Shown: positions 10,181 through 18,389 of the stretch, one piece after another
Layout of the letters: every line of letters starts with the position of its first letter
How positions within the stretch are numbered: the first letter of the stretch is position 1
Origin: a virus
Lineage: Duplodnaviria > Caudoviricetes
Length of the DNA: 25,316 bases
Direction: 5' to 3' (one strand)
Virus record (IMG/VR): IMGVR_UViG_3300032320_001311
Location: 1-25,316 of that record
Made by a program: the position numbers and the translations under genes
The notes under the pieces: generated by a model
Seen by the model: only the letters and a program-made list of their open reading frames with translations
Told to the model about the DNA's origin: nothing
The model's database searches: none

Positions 10181-11299
10181 ATGAGCTACGTACAACTTAA
10201 TGCTGAGGATTTTGTAGTAAGTGCGGATTCAGTTACGTCCACTTTATGGTCTAACTTTACTCCTACTTTAAGACAATTCTTCACTTCATCAACAGGGGTT
10301 GGTGGAACTACAACAGGATCAGCTAACTATATCAATGTATATAATTACAACCCTGCAACTACAGCAAGCGCTGAAATTCAATTTTCTATCGCCTATGGTA
10401 GAGTAGATAGTTCAGGATCTGCTCCTTACAATCTATTAGTTCCTCAAAATACTCCTACAAGAGTAACTTATGGACAATATAGAACATTAGTTAACGGAGA
10501 TGAAAATACAAATTTCAATTTCGGTAATAACAATACAAGTTCAGTTGATTTATATGTACTTAATATTGAAAGAGCTCGTTATAAAGATCATTTATTTTTA
10601 GGTACTTTCAATTTGAATTTATCTGAATTAAATGGAACACAAACAACAAACCAATTACCAACAGTTGGTAGAGCTATTACATTAACAAACAATAGTAATA
10701 ACGTATCAACAGTTACTTATTGTGATGCAGGTAGAGTTTATGATATTGTGAGTGGTACAAATGGTACTGCAATCACAACAACAAATGCTAATACTCCTGG
10801 CGTTACTGCTGGTTATACTCCTTCTGGTTCTTATGGTTGGTACTTACCTGATGTTGGTTTAATTTTATTAAATCCAAGAGCATTAGCATTACCTTTTGCT
10901 TCAGGTGGTGTAAATATTCAACCCTATTCTTCTCAAGTTACAACAACTACTAATAGTGATTTAACAGGACCTTCAGGATCAGTAGCTAAATTATTCCAAT
11001 CTATCTCTGGTTCTTTAAATTCAGGTTCATTTCAAATTAATAGTGAAGAGAATATTTCTTCTGATTATGTGTTTGTAAGAGTAATCAATTCAGAATTTAA
11101 TTATTCAACAAATCCATCTATCATTAGTGGTAGTGGTGAATTTGTATATCCATCATTAGTAAACAACCCACAAACGTATATTACAACTGTAGGTTTATAC
11201 AATGATACCAATGAATTATTAGCAGTAGCTAAGATGTCAAAAGCGCTTCCGAAAGATTTTACTAAGGAAGCATATATTCGTGTAAAGTTAGATTTCTAA
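10181..11299 (+). CDS. Baseplate/tail-fibre attachment structural protein
   Basis: C-terminal 'YITTVGLYNDTNELLAVAKMSKALPK...IRVKLDF' matches the 'E/TxGLYdxxxxLxAVA' half of the tail-collar fibre domain. Confidence 0.65.
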   Translation: MSYVQLNAEDFVVSADSVTSTLWSNFTPTLRQFFTSSTGVGGTTTGSANYINVYNYNPATTASAEIQFSIAYGRVDSSGSAPYNLLVPQNTPTRVTYGQYRTLVNGDENTNFNFGNNNTSSVDLYVLNIERARYKDHLFLGTFNLNLSELNGTQTTNQLPTVGRAITLTNNSNNVSTVTYCDAGRVYDIVSGTNGTAITTTNANTPGVTAGYTPSGSYGWYLPDVGLILLNPRALALPFASGGVNIQPYSSQVTTTTNSDLTGPSGSVAKLFQSISGSLNSGSFQINSEENISSDYVFVRVINSEFNYSTNPSIISGSGEFVYPSLVNNPQTYITTVGLYNDTNELLAVAKMSKALPKDFTKEAYIRVKLDF

Positions 11300-11302
11300 T
11301 GA

Positions 11303-14300
11303 ATGAGTTTTGCATACAAAACATTAAAAGGATCGGATACCACTCAGGCGCCGTATGTTGCTAACAAGCAATATACGTTCCCTAGTTCGTCTTTATCAAG
11401 TTCGAACATTGTAGTTTATACAGGTGAATATGATCCACAGTACATGATAAGTGGTACTGTTTATAATGCTTTTGATCCAATAAACGATACTCAAGATAAC
11501 GGATACTATAGAAGATTAATTTTTGATTCAATTCAGAAATTATACTACCAAAACTATATTTCTGGTTCTCAATCGGGTATGTTTTTTGTTTCCTCTGCTT
11601 ATGACAACTACGATCAAACAACTCTTGTTTCAGGAGCGATGGCCGGAGCTGTAGTAAAAATATTAAATAATTTTACAGCATCCGGGGGCAAATATGGAAC
11701 AGATTATTATGATTTAGGAAGTTATGCTATTTTAGAACCAACTAAAATAAGAGTAATTTCAATCCCTCAAGACATTTATGGTAATGGTATTAAACCAAAT
11801 ACCTTTTCTATTACAAGTTCAACATACGATATTAGAGATGATGGACAGGGGAATTTGTATGATTATTTATCCACACGTTCATTTTATGACGGAACTGATA
11901 AGTACCAACAATCTTACTATTCGGCGAATGCTGAAGGAACATATGTTGGAAATATAGTTTACTCTCCTGGTTTTGCCATTATTACTAACCCAGATTATTT
12001 ATGTTTTTATCCATCCTCTCCTATTGCGAGAAATGATAATTATACTATATTAAATGTTAGTGAAAGTAAAGTATTACCTATTTTACTTAATGATACTGAT
12101 GACTGTAAAGAAATTGATGATGCTACAGTAATAACTTACCCATTAGATGGATATACATTCCCTTCATTTTCAATAGTTGGAGGTGAAATTCATATTACTA
12201 ATTGCGGTGATAATAATTTACAAGTCACCCCAGGTACATATAAAATTTTATATACAGTAAATAATACTGAGGGTGTAATAAGTAATAAAGCTACTTGTAG
12301 TTTATATTTACAAAGTAGTAAATTAACTTCATCCTTAATTAGTTTCACCTCAGGATGTTTTAATGATTTAAATAGTCAAACAGCATCATTTACACTTGAT
12401 TTAGGTATTCCTCCATACAGTTATTCTCTTGATAATTCATCATGGGTACCCCTTAGTCAACAATATGGTGGCAAGTATGGTATTGCTTACTATAATACTA
12501 GTTCTTATGCGTTTGGAATTAACGGAATAACAGATTGTGGATTATATCAACCTACTTTTAGTATTAATATTCCTACATCAGATAATGTTAATGTTTACTT
12601 TAGAGATGTAGAAGGAACCATAATATCTTATTCTTTAGATACAAGAATGCTTCCCACTATCCCAAATTCAAGTCATTTAGATACTTGTTTAAATGGAAGT
12701 ACAGGTTGGATTTCAGCTAGTGCTACTGGTGGAAGCCCAGTTAATACTTTATCAGCAAGTATCCAATCAGGTTCATATAACAGTGGTTACTTTCCATTAG
12801 TAGGAGGTTCTTATGTATTTACAGGTTTAAATAGTGGTAGTTATACTGTTACTTGGAAAGATGGTAATAATTGTACTACTTCTTCTACAGAAGTTATTAC
12901 AACTCCTCCCCCAGTTGTTGTTAGTGTTCAAGCAGTAGAAGCTGATTGTCCTAATGATACTGGTACTCCAAATGGTGGTATTGCTGTTAATGTAAGCGGA
13001 GGATCAGGAAATTATAATTATAGATGGTGGAATGGTTCTTCATTTGTAAAATTTGTAGAAGATCCTACTGGTTTAGTTGCTGGAACTTATAATTTATTTG
13101 TAAGTGATAGTACAGGATGTAATAATACTACTTCAAGTAACATTGTTGTTAATGCTCTTACAGTTATTGGTTTTTCAAGTGCTAGTGTAACTAGTCCATT
13201 ATGTTATAGTGGTAATAATGGTTCAATTCTTGGTGGTGTGTTAAGTGGTGGTTCTGGCAGTTTAGTTCCTACATGGAATGGCCCAAGTGGATTTACTTCA
13301 AATAGTCTTAATATTATTAACTTAGCATCTGGTAACTACTATTTAACAGCATCAGATACTCTTACAGGATGTTATCATATATTCGGTCCTTATACAATTA
13401 CAACTCCAGCAGAATTTAAATCATCTTCTTTTAGTTATACTAGTTCAGTAGGTTCTACTAATCAAACATTTAATGCTATATTCACAGGTGGTACTCCTCC
13501 TTATACAGCATCTTTATATTTAAGTGCAAGTGGAACCGGATTGACATTTGTTACAAGTAGTAGTAGTATGGGTACTGTATCTATGGTTCCTAATATGTGT
13601 TATACAGCATCTACTTATTGGACTTTAGATGCCTATGATGCTAATGGTTGTCATATGACAAACTTTATGAGTGGTGCTCAATTATATGTCCCTACTCAAG
13701 TAACAGCCCAAAATGTTGTATGTTATTCTTCAATACCAGATGATCCTTTACTTTGTGGGTGTGAAAGTGAAGAATATGTTACTTTTTATATAAGTTCTTC
13801 TAACTCAACTGATCCAAATGATTTATTTTATAATTATATGGATTTGTATAATGATGGAGCTAAAATATATAATGATTGTAAATTATCTTCTTTAGCAACA
13901 GGTTCTTATTATGGAAACCAAAATGTAGTTACTTTTGGTTCAGGGTCAACAGCAGGAACTATTGCATATTTTGATCCTTGTGCTGTACCACAACCAAACA
14001 CAGTAACACTTAATATTGTTAATACTGCAAAAATACTATCAGAAACCATCGTAACAACTACCTTTGAAGCTACTAATCCTAATACGCAAATATACACCTT
14101 GCCTCTGTATAATGCAACAACTTCAAGTGTACATAACATAGCACAAACTGGCTATCTTGATATGATCTCTTTTGTAGATCAGGCGGTAGGTTTTCCTGGA
14201 TATGTTACTGTTACTGTTGATGTGCAAATAGATAATCTTGTTCCATACACATCTTATTTTGAATGCTCCTTTTCAACTTCTGCTGTTTTTTATATAAACG

Positions 14301-14383
14301 GGTCTAATGGAATATTCATAGATTCTGAAAGTGCTTATGTTGTAACTGTAACCTATTCAGCGGGTCTTGGAGAATGTGTATAA
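11303..14383 (+). CDS. Tail fibre / receptor-binding-like protein with Ig-like (Big_9/cadherin-like) domain and SprB-type repeats
   Basis: 1026 aa; aa ~240-335 'PIARNDNYT...LPILLNDTD...YTVNNTEGVISNKAT' is Ig-like; repeats such as 'C.NGSTGWISASATGG...FTGLNSGSYTVTWKDGNNC' and 'GGIAVNVSGGSGNYNYRW...TGLVAGTYNLFVSDSTGC' are SprB-like. Confidence 0.75.
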   Translation: MSFAYKTLKGSDTTQAPYVANKQYTFPSSSLSSSNIVVYTGEYDPQYMISGTVYNAFDPINDTQDNGYYRRLIFDSIQKLYYQNYISGSQSGMFFVSSAYDNYDQTTLVSGAMAGAVVKILNNFTASGGKYGTDYYDLGSYAILEPTKIRVISIPQDIYGNGIKPNTFSITSSTYDIRDDGQGNLYDYLSTRSFYDGTDKYQQSYYSANAEGTYVGNIVYSPGFAIITNPDYLCFYPSSPIARNDNYTILNVSESKVLPILLNDTDDCKEIDDATVITYPLDGYTFPSFSIVGGEIHITNCGDNNLQVTPGTYKILYTVNNTEGVISNKATCSLYLQSSKLTSSLISFTSGCFNDLNSQTASFTLDLGIPPYSYSLDNSSWVPLSQQYGGKYGIAYYNTSSYAFGINGITDCGLYQPTFSINIPTSDNVNVYFRDVEGTIISYSLDTRMLPTIPNSSHLDTCLNGSTGWISASATGGSPVNTLSASIQSGSYNSGYFPLVGGSYVFTGLNSGSYTVTWKDGNNCTTSSTEVITTPPPVVVSVQAVEADCPNDTGTPNGGIAVNVSGGSGNYNYRWWNGSSFVKFVEDPTGLVAGTYNLFVSDSTGCNNTTSSNIVVNALTVIGFSSASVTSPLCYSGNNGSILGGVLSGGSGSLVPTWNGPSGFTSNSLNIINLASGNYYLTASDTLTGCYHIFGPYTITTPAEFKSSSFSYTSSVGSTNQTFNAIFTGGTPPYTASLYLSASGTGLTFVTSSSSMGTVSMVPNMCYTASTYWTLDAYDANGCHMTNFMSGAQLYVPTQVTAQNVVCYSSIPDDPLLCGCESEEYVTFYISSSNSTDPNDLFYNYMDLYNDGAKIYNDCKLSSLATGSYYGNQNVVTFGSGSTAGTIAYFDPCAVPQPNTVTLNIVNTAKILSETIVTTTFEATNPNTQIYTLPLYNATTSSVHNIAQTGYLDMISFVDQAVGFPGYVTVTVDVQIDNLVPYTSYFECSFSTSAVFYINGSNGIFIDSESAYVVTVTYSAGLGECV
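12671..13650 (+). repeat. Three to four degenerate SprB-type protein repeats (about 80 aa each)
   Basis: Recurring C-x(3-8)-G-x-I-x(4,5)-GG ... L-x-x-G-x-Y-x(4)-D-x(2,3)-(G/N)C pattern in translation; not conserved at DNA level; boundaries approximate. Confidence 0.7.
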
Positions 14384-14402
14384 TCATCCATAATAAATTT
14401 AA

Positions 14403-14410
14403 ATATTTAT
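14403..14410 (+). promoter_or_regulatory. ATATTTAT motif, putative phage late promoter
   Basis: Intergenic copy only 5 nt before ATG 14416. Confidence 0.65.
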
Positions 14411-14415
14411 AATAA

Positions 14416-14724
14416 ATGCCATCAAATTTAGTACATACAGGTTCATTCGTTATGAGTTTTAAAAACACGTACATCGTTTACGAAAACGAAATACGTTGTA
14501 ACATAACTGAAAATGAATTTAATTTATCACAAAATCCAACCATAAGTTCAGGTAGTGGTAATTATATTCTTCCTTTTGCTACTGGCTCTTCATTTAGACC
14601 TTATGTAACAACAGTTGGTATTTATAATGAAGTAAATGAATTATTATTAGTAGGAAAGTTATCACAACCTATTCCTATTTCAGACATGGTAGACACTACT
14701 TTTATAATAAAGTACGATACCTAA
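14416..14724 (+). CDS. Small structural protein, paralog of the C-terminal ~100 aa of the 10181-11299 protein
   Basis: 'ENEFNLSQNPTISSGSG...PYVTTVGIYNEVNELLLVGKLSQPIP' aligns by eye with 'NSEFNYSTNPSIISGSG...TYITTVGLYNDTNELLAVAKMSKALP'. Confidence 0.75.
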   Translation: MPSNLVHTGSFVMSFKNTYIVYENEIRCNITENEFNLSQNPTISSGSGNYILPFATGSSFRPYVTTVGIYNEVNELLLVGKLSQPIPISDMVDTTFIIKYDT

Positions 14725-14734
14725 AATAAATTTT

Positions 14735-15193
14735 ATGTCAAATTGGTTATACAATGACGATGGCTCTAAAATAGCTATCGCTGAAGATTTTTCAACAGAT
14801 AAATATGGTTTTATCTATAAAATAACTAACCTAGAAACAGGTAAGTATTACATAGGTAAAAAAGCATTTTTTCATAATAAGAAGAAAAAACTTACTAAAA
14901 AAGAAATTGCTGAACAAACGGGACCTGGCCGTAAAGCAACTACTCGAGTAGATCAAGTAGATAGTGGTTGGAAATTATATTGGGGTTCATCTAAAGAATT
15001 ACTCGCTGATGTAAAAAAATTAGGCGAGGATAAATTTGAGCGATTAATACTTAAGTTCGCTAAAACAAAAAAACAACTTACATATTACGAATTAGAAAGC
15101 CAAATATTGCATAATGCTTTATTTGATAACACTTCCTATAACGATAACATTCTTGGAAAATTTTTTAAGAAAGACTTTGTTACCACAGAATAA
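14735..15193 (+). CDS. GIY-YIG family (Seg-like) endonuclease
   Basis: 'YGFIYKITNLETGKYYIGKK', 'W..YWGSS..L..D....G...F.R.IL', a conserved helix Glu (YYELE) and 'YN.NI'. Confidence 0.8.
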   Translation: MSNWLYNDDGSKIAIAEDFSTDKYGFIYKITNLETGKYYIGKKAFFHNKKKKLTKKEIAEQTGPGRKATTRVDQVDSGWKLYWGSSKELLADVKKLGEDKFERLILKFAKTKKQLTYYELESQILHNALFDNTSYNDNILGKFFKKDFVTTE

Positions 15194-15206
15194 TTTCGTA
15201 TATTGA
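15176..15206 (+). promoter_or_regulatory. Putative Bacteroidota sigma70-type promoter upstream of primase
   Basis: TTTG (15176-15179), 19-nt spacer, TATATTGA (15199-15206); consensus is TTTG-N19-21-TAnnTTTG, so the -7 box has two mismatches. This gap lacks ATATTTAT. Confidence 0.4.
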
Positions 15207-15210
15207 GATT

Positions 15211-16149
15211 ATGGTTAATTCAATACTTGTTGGACTATTAGATAGCGTATTAGGAAGAGGTAATTCTACCGCACGAGGTAATTATGCTTACCAATGTCCA
15301 TTCTGTAGTCACCATAAGAAAAAATTAGAAATAAACATGGTACCTAATGCTAAAGGAGAAAATCCATGGCATTGCTGGGTATGCGACGCTAAAGGTAAAA
15401 CATTAGTAGGTTTATTTAAAAAAATTAAGGTTGATAAGGAAAAACTATTTGAATTAAAATCAGCACTTGGATTTTCAGAAAAACGTAAAGACGATAAAGA
15501 AGAAGTAATTAAAATTGAATTACCTAAAGAATTTATCCCAATGTATGAGGCAAATCCTAAAAGTATAATGGCTAAACACGCTGCTTTGTACCTTAAAAAT
15601 AGAGGAATAAAGAAAGAAGACATTATTAAATATAATATTGGTTATTGTGAATCCGGCCGTTATGCCAATATGGTTATTATTCCTTCTTATAATGAAACGG
15701 GAAACCTAGAATATTTTGTAGGTCGTAGTTTTGAAAAAGATCCTAGAAAAAAGTTTGATGCGCCTCACTCAAACAAAAATACCCTTATTGGTTTTGCTAA
15801 TTTAATAAATTGGAATGTACCTGTTATTTTATGTGAAGGTCCATTCGATGCAATATCAATCAAACGAAATGCTATCCCATTATTTGGTAAGAATGTTTCT
15901 AAAAAGCTAATGCAGAAACTTGTTACCAATGATGTTAAAAAAGTCTATATCGCACTTGATAAAGACGCTATAAAGAATACTCTAAAATTATCCGAGGAAA
16001 TTATGAATTCTGGAAAAGAAGTGTATATAGTAGAATTGGAAGATAAAGACCCCAGTGAAATGGGTTTCGAAAATTTTACTAAATTGATACAAAAATCAAT
16101 TCCACTTACTTTTTCATCATTCTTTTCTCTCAAACTAGCACAAGCATGA
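15211..16149 (+). CDS. DNA primase (zinc ribbon plus TOPRIM)
   Basis: CPFC...HCWVC zinc-binding domain; 'YLKNRGI', 'IGYC', 'IIPSY...YFVGR'; TOPRIM acidic motifs 'LCEGPFDA', 'IALDKDA', 'KDPSE'. Confidence 0.9.
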   Translation: MVNSILVGLLDSVLGRGNSTARGNYAYQCPFCSHHKKKLEINMVPNAKGENPWHCWVCDAKGKTLVGLFKKIKVDKEKLFELKSALGFSEKRKDDKEEVIKIELPKEFIPMYEANPKSIMAKHAALYLKNRGIKKEDIIKYNIGYCESGRYANMVIIPSYNETGNLEYFVGRSFEKDPRKKFDAPHSNKNTLIGFANLINWNVPVILCEGPFDAISIKRNAIPLFGKNVSKKLMQKLVTNDVKKVYIALDKDAIKNTLKLSEEIMNSGKEVYIVELEDKDPSEMGFENFTKLIQKSIPLTFSSFFSLKLAQA

Positions 16150-16925
16150 TAGAAAAAAATTCTAACATTATTCATGATCCTAAAATTAAAAGGGTTATTG
16201 AGTACACACAAGACAACAAACAAGTAAATGTATTAGACCAACGTTTTTACAGACGTAATGGTAAATATTATCCATCTGTAACGTCTATTTTAAACTTTTT
16301 TCCTAAAAATCAATTTTTCCATAACTGGTTAAAAGATGTAGGACACAACAGTGAAATTATTGCTAATAAAGCAGCAAACGAAGGTACTCAAGTACATAAC
16401 GCAATTGAAGCATTTTTACTTGGTGAAGAATTAGAATGGATTAATCCTGATGGAAGTGCTAGATATAATTTAGAAGTTTGGAAAATGATTTTGCGTTTTG
16501 CTGATTTTTGGAACACATATAAACCAGAATTAGTAACAACAGAATATCATTTATTTTCAGATGAACATTGTTATGCAGGAACAACAGATATTATTTGTCG
16601 TTTTCAAGATAAAGTATGGTTATTGGATATTAAAACATCAAATTCAATCCACACTTCATATAATTTACAATTGGCGGCGTACGCTAAAGCATGGAACGAA
16701 ACTCATAACGAGAATATTGATGAAACTGGTATTATGTGGTTAAAATCATCCACTAGAGGCGCTTCTAAGGACAAAATCCAAGGAAACGGCTGGCAGCTCA
16801 AGAATTGTGGTAATATTGAAGATAACTTTAAAATGTTCCTAAACATATACGACATTTATAAACTTGAAAATCCAGATGCTAAACCTATGACTGAATCATT
16901 ACCAACAACTATTAAGATAATCTAA
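16146..16925 (+). CDS. PD-(D/E)xK family exonuclease
   Basis: 'YPSVTSIL', 'GTQVHNAIE', 'E..L.S....YAGTTD', 'LLDIKTS', 'QLAAYA' motifs; ATGA overlap with primase. Confidence 0.88.
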   Translation: MIEKNSNIIHDPKIKRVIEYTQDNKQVNVLDQRFYRRNGKYYPSVTSILNFFPKNQFFHNWLKDVGHNSEIIANKAANEGTQVHNAIEAFLLGEELEWINPDGSARYNLEVWKMILRFADFWNTYKPELVTTEYHLFSDEHCYAGTTDIICRFQDKVWLLDIKTSNSIHTSYNLQLAAYAKAWNETHNENIDETGIMWLKSSTRGASKDKIQGNGWQLKNCGNIEDNFKMFLNIYDIYKLENPDAKPMTESLPTTIKII

Positions 16926-16936
16926 GCATATTTATT
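16926..16936 (+). repeat. GCATATTTATT direct repeat, left copy (contains ATATTTAT promoter motif)
   Basis: Identical 11-mer at 18390-18400; the pair brackets the GT2 and phosphoesterase genes. Confidence 0.6.
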
Positions 16937-16939
16937 TAT

Positions 16940-17644
16940 GTGAACAACAATCAATTTACAATAGTAATTCCTTGTAAAAATGAAGGAATAAATATATACG
17001 ATTGTTTAGGATTTATCTGCAGACAAAGAGGAATTAAAAATACTAAAGTCATTGTTGCTGATAATTCTGATGATAAAGAGTCATTAGAATGGTTATATAA
17101 AGCTCAAATAGATTACAAATATTCTATTAAAATAGAAGTTATTAAAGGGGGGTATCCAGCTAAAGCGCGCCTTGAAGGTTCGAAATTAGTGGATACCCCT
17201 TATATATTATTTTTAGATGCTGATATAATGTTATTAGCAAAAAATATATTAGAGGTTATATCTGACTTTAAAGGAGATTTATTAACTGTTCCTTTTATAA
17301 CCGAAAAAGGATGGAACTGGGTGTTTCGCATATTTGATTTATTTCAAAATTTAAGTATTAAATTAGGTACACCATTTGCCGTAGGTGGTTTTCAATATTG
17401 GAATACTCAAACATACTGGGAATTGGGTGGTTATAAAGAAGATGAATTATTTGCAGAAGATTATTCTTTATCTTCTAAAGTTAAACCTAAAAAATTTTTT
17501 ATTTTTGAAACCAAAGGGGTATTCACCTCAGCAAGACGCTTTAAGAAAAAAGGCATTAGTTATATGTTTTGGATTATGATTAAAAGCTATATTAATAGAA
17601 ACAATCCAGAATTTTTTAAACACCATCACAATTATTGGAAATGA
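16940..17644 (+). CDS. Glycosyltransferase family 2
   Basis: 'TIVIPCKNE', 'VIVADNSDD', 'AR..G', DxD motif 'LFLDAD', 'LGGY.E....AEDY.LS', 'TSARR'; GTG start. Confidence 0.92.
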   Translation: MNNNQFTIVIPCKNEGINIYDCLGFICRQRGIKNTKVIVADNSDDKESLEWLYKAQIDYKYSIKIEVIKGGYPAKARLEGSKLVDTPYILFLDADIMLLAKNILEVISDFKGDLLTVPFITEKGWNWVFRIFDLFQNLSIKLGTPFAVGGFQYWNTQTYWELGGYKEDELFAEDYSLSSKVKPKKFFIFETKGVFTSARRFKKKGISYMFWIMIKSYINRNNPEFFKHHHNYWK

Positions 17645-18381
17645 GATATCAATCCATTATAGTTTCAGATTTACATTTGGGAACTAAAGATTCTAAAGCA
17701 GAAGAGTTTATAGAATTTTTAGAAAAACATCCCACTGATTTATTAATATTAAATGGTGATATTGTAGATGGATGGGCATTAAATAGAGGTACAAAATGGA
17801 AAAAACAACATACAAAAGTTATTTCTAAGTTATTAAGGTTATCAAACACAACACAAATAATTTGGATAAGAGGAAACCATGACGAATTTATACAAGATTT
17901 TATCGGAACCCATTTGGGGTCAATTGAAATTAGAGAAGATTACATCATCAATACAAAGATTTGGGTGGAAAATGATATATATAGGAATGAAAATTATTAT
18001 GTTTTTCATGGAGATGTTGTGGATGTTTTTATAACCAAATATAAATGGTTATCTAAGATTGGGGCCGTTGGATATGACTTTGCGTTATGGCTTAATAGAG
18101 TTTACAACACATATCGCAAATGGAAAAATTTACCATACCAATCTATATCCCAAAAGATTAAAAGTGGTGTAAAAGCAGCTACTAATTACATTAATGATTT
18201 TGAAACTACAGCATTATCAATGGCTCATAAAAAAGGATGTAACGGTGTTATTTGTGGACATATACATCAGCCTGAGGATAGAATAATTAATGGTAAACGA
18301 TACCTAAATAGTGGTGATTGGATTGAAAATATGAGTGCCATTCTTATTGATCGTAATGGACATATTTGCCTATATAAATAA
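17641..18381 (+). CDS. PlcP-like metallophosphoesterase (LpxH/UDP-2,3-diacylglucosamine hydrolase-like superfamily; putative phospholipase C)
   Basis: All five calcineurin-like motifs: SDLHLG, GDIVDGW, GNHDE, HGD, CGHIH, plus NSGDWIE. GNHD and the 'WL..IG..GYD..LWLN...N..R....LPY.S.S..IK..VK.A.N.I..FE' insert match PlcP-type rather than GNRD-type LpxH enzymes. Start placed at ATG 17641 (ATGA overlap) rather than 17635. Confidence 0.85.
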   Translation: MRYQSIIVSDLHLGTKDSKAEEFIEFLEKHPTDLLILNGDIVDGWALNRGTKWKKQHTKVISKLLRLSNTTQIIWIRGNHDEFIQDFIGTHLGSIEIREDYIINTKIWVENDIYRNENYYVFHGDVVDVFITKYKWLSKIGAVGYDFALWLNRVYNTYRKWKNLPYQSISQKIKSGVKAATNYINDFETTALSMAHKKGCNGVICGHIHQPEDRIINGKRYLNSGDWIENMSAILIDRNGHICLYK

Positions 18382-18389
18382 GTGATTTT

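Noticed and set aside
11303-14383. Diversity-generating retroelement target in the tail fibre
   Set aside because: No reverse transcriptase and no near-identical template/variable repeat pair seen in this window.
14393-14410. Inverted repeat ATAAAT-N6-ATTTAT
   Set aside because: Six all-AT base pairs; too weak and too likely by chance.
16146-16925. Cas4 / CRISPR association of the PD-(D/E)xK nuclease
   Set aside because: No four-Cys Fe-S pattern, no cas genes and no repeat-spacer array in the window; position next to primase fits replication or recombination.
18373-18380. Exact T4 late promoter TATAAATA
   Set aside because: Lies within the last codons of a CDS and does not recur in the intergenic gaps; expected by chance at this AT content.
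17641-18381. Annotation as true LpxH of lipid A synthesis
   Set aside because: Has GNHD rather than GNRD plus a PlcP-type insert, and is paired with a glycosyltransferase; not fully excluded without a phylogeny.
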